Origin: Candidatus Oxydemutatoraceae bacterium
GTDB lineage: Bacteria > Pseudomonadota > Gammaproteobacteria > Poriferisulfidales > Oxydemutatoraceae
Direction of reading: 5' to 3'
NCBI GenBank assembly: GCA_965218975.1
Contig: OZ244717.1
Location: 1,504,001-1,568,000 of the forward strand
DNA: 64,000 nucleotides
Part shown: piece after piece, positions 61,047 through 64,000 of the stretch
How positions within the stretch are numbered: the first letter of the stretch is position 1
How the letters are laid out: the number at the start of each line of letters is the position of its first letter
Translations under genes and position numbers: made by a program
The notes under the pieces: model-generated
The model's database searches: none
What the model was told of the DNA's origin: nothing
Seen by the model: the letters and a program-made list of their open reading frames with translations, nothing else

Positions 61047-61723
61047 TATGAGGTCATAGGCAACATCAAGCGTTTGGCCGACACTTCCGCCGGAGCGAGC
61101 CGACGATGAGTTGACACTACTACTACTCCGCCTTGTTTCAAATGACGGCTTAACAAATCTTCCAATAAGCCGATTCCGCTTTGATCCAGCGCTACTCCGG
61201 GCTCATCCAGCAACCACAATGCACTAGGTTCAATTAGCAAACGCGACAATCCCACACGTTGAATTTGCCCTTTGGATAAGCAATAGCATGGGACGTCGGC
61301 AAATGCCTCCATCGCAAAATAGCTCAGTGCGATCTCAATTCGCCGATTAATATTTTTATTCTGTTTCGCAGAGTCGCCGGAGCTTGTCTTTGGGCGGCAT
61401 TTTAGCCGGTAATAAAACCTCAGATTCTCATTCGGTGTAAGTTGGGAATGCAGGCCGGTCTGGTGTCCAAGATAACTCATTGCACTGCTATATTCCTCTT
61501 TTGCCTGCGGCAAAGCATGTTGGTTCCAAATGATGCTGCCGTTTTGAGGAGTCGTTAAACCGGCAATGACTCGAAGTAATGAGGTTTTTCCCGCTCCGTT
61601 ATCCCCAGAAATTTCAAGCATGTCACCATTCGATAGCTGCGCATCAAGTTCACTGCAAATTTGCTTCGCCCCGCGCCTCAGATACAGATTTCTAATTTGC
61701 AGCTTATGGAATTCTATCGCCAT
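61046..61723 (-). CDS. ccmA: Heme exporter ATPase CcmA
   Basis: GDNGAGKTSLLR, YLGH, LSKGQ, LWLLDEP. Confidence 0.93.
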   Translation of the reverse strand: MAIEFHKLQIRNLYLRRGAKQICSELDAQLSNGDMLEISGDNGAGKTSLLRVIAGLTTPQNGSIIWNQHALPQAKEEYSSAMSYLGHQTGLHSQLTPNENLRFYYRLKCRPKTSSGDSAKQNKNINRRIEIALSYFAMEAFADVPCYCLSKGQIQRVGLSRLLIEPSALWLLDEPGVALDQSGIGLLEDLLSRHLKQGGVVVVSTHRRLAPAEVSAKRLMLPMTS

Positions 61724-61784
61724 CGCCTTGTATTATATGATATCATTTGAATCTGCCGGTTATCCATCAATACCTTTAATTCCA

Positions 61785-62339
61785 ATGGTGAAAATCTCCC
61801 TTGCCTTAAGCGCAATTGCTCTATTTCTGGCAGGTGTTGTCATTGCCAACAGTTTTTCAATCGGACTGGAAACAACCAATACTACTGAATTTTGCACTTC
61901 GTGCCACTCCATGCAATGGGTTAAAGAAGAATGGCAAAAATCGCTTCATTTCAAAAATGCATACGGTATCCGTGCGGAATGTCATAACTGTCATGTTCCG
62001 CATCAAACTATGCCTAAATTACACGCCAAACTGATGGCCGCCAAAGATGTCTGGCACGAAATCTTAGGTACGATCGATAATAAAGAGAAATTTGAAGAAC
62101 ATCGCTGGCGTATGGCAAATCATGTATGGAAAAAAATGCTGGCAAGCGATTCCCGTGAGTGCCGTAGCTGTCATACATCTCAAGCAATGGACCTTGCCCT
62201 GCAAGAGCGCAATGCGCGAAAAAAGCACCAACGTGCCGAAAAAGAAGGCCGCACTTGTATCGAATGTCACAAGGGGGTCGCCCATGAGGAACCGCTGGAA
62301 CCCGACGACTGGAACGAAACCGCATCCTTAATAAAATAA
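61785..62339 (+). CDS. NapC/NirT family tetraheme cytochrome c
   Basis: N-terminal TM; CTSCH, CHNCH, CRSCH, CIECHKGVAH; likely start ATG 61785. Confidence 0.92.
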   Translation: MVKISLALSAIALFLAGVVIANSFSIGLETTNTTEFCTSCHSMQWVKEEWQKSLHFKNAYGIRAECHNCHVPHQTMPKLHAKLMAAKDVWHEILGTIDNKEKFEEHRWRMANHVWKKMLASDSRECRSCHTSQAMDLALQERNARKKHQRAEKEGRTCIECHKGVAHEEPLEPDDWNETASLIK

Positions 62340-62473
62340 CTATATAGGTCTCCCCTCCGTAAGAAGATTTAATTCGCTTATTTACAAAATGTTATCTTGC
62401 TTACAATTCATCCGTGTTATACTTTTCTCAGAATATGCTTTTGCTTTTCATTCTTAAATGTAGGAGGCTTAGA

Positions 62474-63157
62474 TTGTCCCAATCCGATATGCGGGTACGC
62501 ATGATGATGGCCGTGAGCTTATTCCTGATTGCGACTGCAATCACAACCGCACAAGCGGATTCCGATGGTCAAATGGCGAGTAAAGCAATGCTAAGCCAAA
62601 CTTGCGTCGGCTGTCACGGCATTGATGGTCACAGTAGCGGTCCCGCCTCCCCTTCGATTGGCGGACAAACAAAAAATTACTTAATCTCCATATTGCTAGG
62701 CTATAAATTTCATGGCGATGATGACGGGTTGGATGCGGCGATGGAAAAATACAAATCACTCGAAGATTTAGAAATATATACACGTTATAGCACCATTATG
62801 GGAAAGATTATGCAAGGGTATACGGTCGAAGAGATTATTCAGATTGCGGATTATTATTCTTCTTATCAATGGAAAAATGCTTCACAGCCTGCTACCGATT
62901 CGAACATGATGAAGAATGGGAAGAAATATCACAAGAAATACTGTGAAAAATGTCATGAGGAAGGAGGAACGTCGGATGCCGACGATGTAGGCATTCTCGC
63001 CGGCCAATGGTTGCCATACTTGGAACACAGCCTAAGCGATTATGCTGCGAAACGAAACAATATGCCCAAAAAAATGAAAAGTAAACTCGAAGATATGATT
63101 GAAGCACATGGCAAAGCAAGCTTAGGCGAGATATCTAACTTCTATGCCGATCAATAA
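62474..63157 (+). CDS. fccA: Diheme cytochrome subunit of flavocytochrome c sulfide dehydrogenase
   Basis: Signal peptide, CVGCHG..G.S.GP..PSI.G, STIMGKI, CEKCH, LAGQW; AGGAGG before in-frame TTG 62474; upstream of fccB. Confidence 0.85.
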   Translation: MSQSDMRVRMMMAVSLFLIATAITTAQADSDGQMASKAMLSQTCVGCHGIDGHSSGPASPSIGGQTKNYLISILLGYKFHGDDDGLDAAMEKYKSLEDLEIYTRYSTIMGKIMQGYTVEEIIQIADYYSSYQWKNASQPATDSNMMKNGKKYHKKYCEKCHEEGGTSDADDVGILAGQWLPYLEHSLSDYAAKRNNMPKKMKSKLEDMIEAHGKASLGEISNFYADQ

Positions 63158-63169
63158 GACCAGAGGGTC

Positions 63170-64000
63170 ATGATGAAACTAAACAGACGCGATTTTTTGA
63201 AAGCAACCGGCGGCTCGGCAGTTACGGGAGCGACTTATGGGTTTGTTTTTCCCAATATTGTATCCGCGGCCGACAAGAAAGCGGTCGTCATCGGCGCCGG
63301 CGCCGGCGGGACAATTGCGGCGAAGTACATTAAAACCGCGGATAATTCCATTGATGTTACTTTAATAGAAAGAGAAAATCACCACCACACTTGCTTTATG
63401 AGTAACGAAGTGCTCGGCGGCGAACGTGATATTGACACAATAAAGTTCGGCTATGAAGGACTTCGCAAACATGGCATTAACGTAGTACATGAACAAGCAA
63501 CTGATGTTGATCCGAAGAAAAAAACGGTGACAACCGGCAGCGGCAAAAACTTCAGCTACAACCGTTTAGTTCTGTCCCCGGGGATTGATTTTGAATGGGG
63601 GGCGATTGAGAATTACGATGAAGCTGCTAGCGAAAAAATGCCACATGCCTACAAGGCAGGCCGCCAAACTATGCTGCTATATAAACAATTGATGGGGATG
63701 CCGAATGGCGGCACTGTCATTATTGCTCCGCCGGGTAATCCCTATCGATGCCCTCCCGGCCCTTACGAACGGGCTTGCCAAATTGCTCATTTTCTTAAAA
63801 CCAATAAGCCGAAATCAAAAGTTTTAGTGATTGATGCGAAGGATAAATTCTCTAAACAAGGCCTATTTACCAAAGCATGGAAAGAGATTTACGGTGATAT
63901 GATTGAATGGATGTCCGGTTCGGATAGCGGAGGGAAAGGAGTGGTTGCTGTGGACATAAAAGATATGGTCGTATCCACCGAATTGGAAGACTTCAAAGCT
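63170..64000 (+). CDS. fccB: Flavoprotein subunit of flavocytochrome c sulfide dehydrogenase (runs off the window)
   Basis: Tat signal NRRDFLK, VIGAGAGG, flavin-linked Cys in TCFMSNEVLGG, SPGIDF, PHAYKAG, CPPGPYERA. Confidence 0.9.
   Translation, partial: MMKLNRRDFLKATGGSAVTGATYGFVFPNIVSAADKKAVVIGAGAGGTIAAKYIKTADNSIDVTLIERENHHHTCFMSNEVLGGERDIDTIKFGYEGLRKHGINVVHEQATDVDPKKKTVTTGSGKNFSYNRLVLSPGIDFEWGAIENYDEAASEKMPHAYKAGRQTMLLYKQLMGMPNGGTVIIAPPGNPYRCPPGPYERACQIAHFLKTNKPKSKVLVIDAKDKFSKQGLFTKAWKEIYGDMIEWMSGSDSGGKGVVAVDIKDMVVSTELEDFKA

Overview
Chromosomal window from a Gammaproteobacterium, probably a sulfur oxidiser (fccAB sulfide dehydrogenase, full ccm cluster). A 28-bp dif site at 3393-3420 suggests the window is at the replication terminus. 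Most of it is compact core genome: yadGH, an Lpp/OprI-like lipoprotein with an L,D-transpeptidase, holB-tmk-mltG-pabC-fabF-acpP-fabG-fabD, infA, clpSA, nudJ-mnmA, acnA, fumC, purB, a GldAFG-like ABC system, comEC-msbA-lpxK-ycaR-kdsB, lolCD, ccmA-I, a NapC/NirT cytochrome and fccAB, plus one tRNA-Glu. A ~17 kb integrase-free accessory island (about 35.9-52.9 kb) separates lolD from comEC. It holds an outer-membrane beta-barrel, a phage-like orphan, a truncated HNH gene, an AT-rich CBASS (patatin, CD-NTase, stand-alone E2-like/SEC-C protein, no E1 or JAB), a translationally coupled membrane protein + ThsB-like TIR pair with no ThsA, and an OLD-like ATPase/TOPRIM gene in front of a type III R-M system. 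The modules are joined by decayed IS481-family pieces and an unannotated multi-hairpin repeat. The best candidates for an undescribed system are the TM+TIR pair and the E2/SEC-C CBASS whose cyclase tail lacks Gly/Ala. All family calls come from motif recognition, and GC contrasts were judged by eye; no searches were run.
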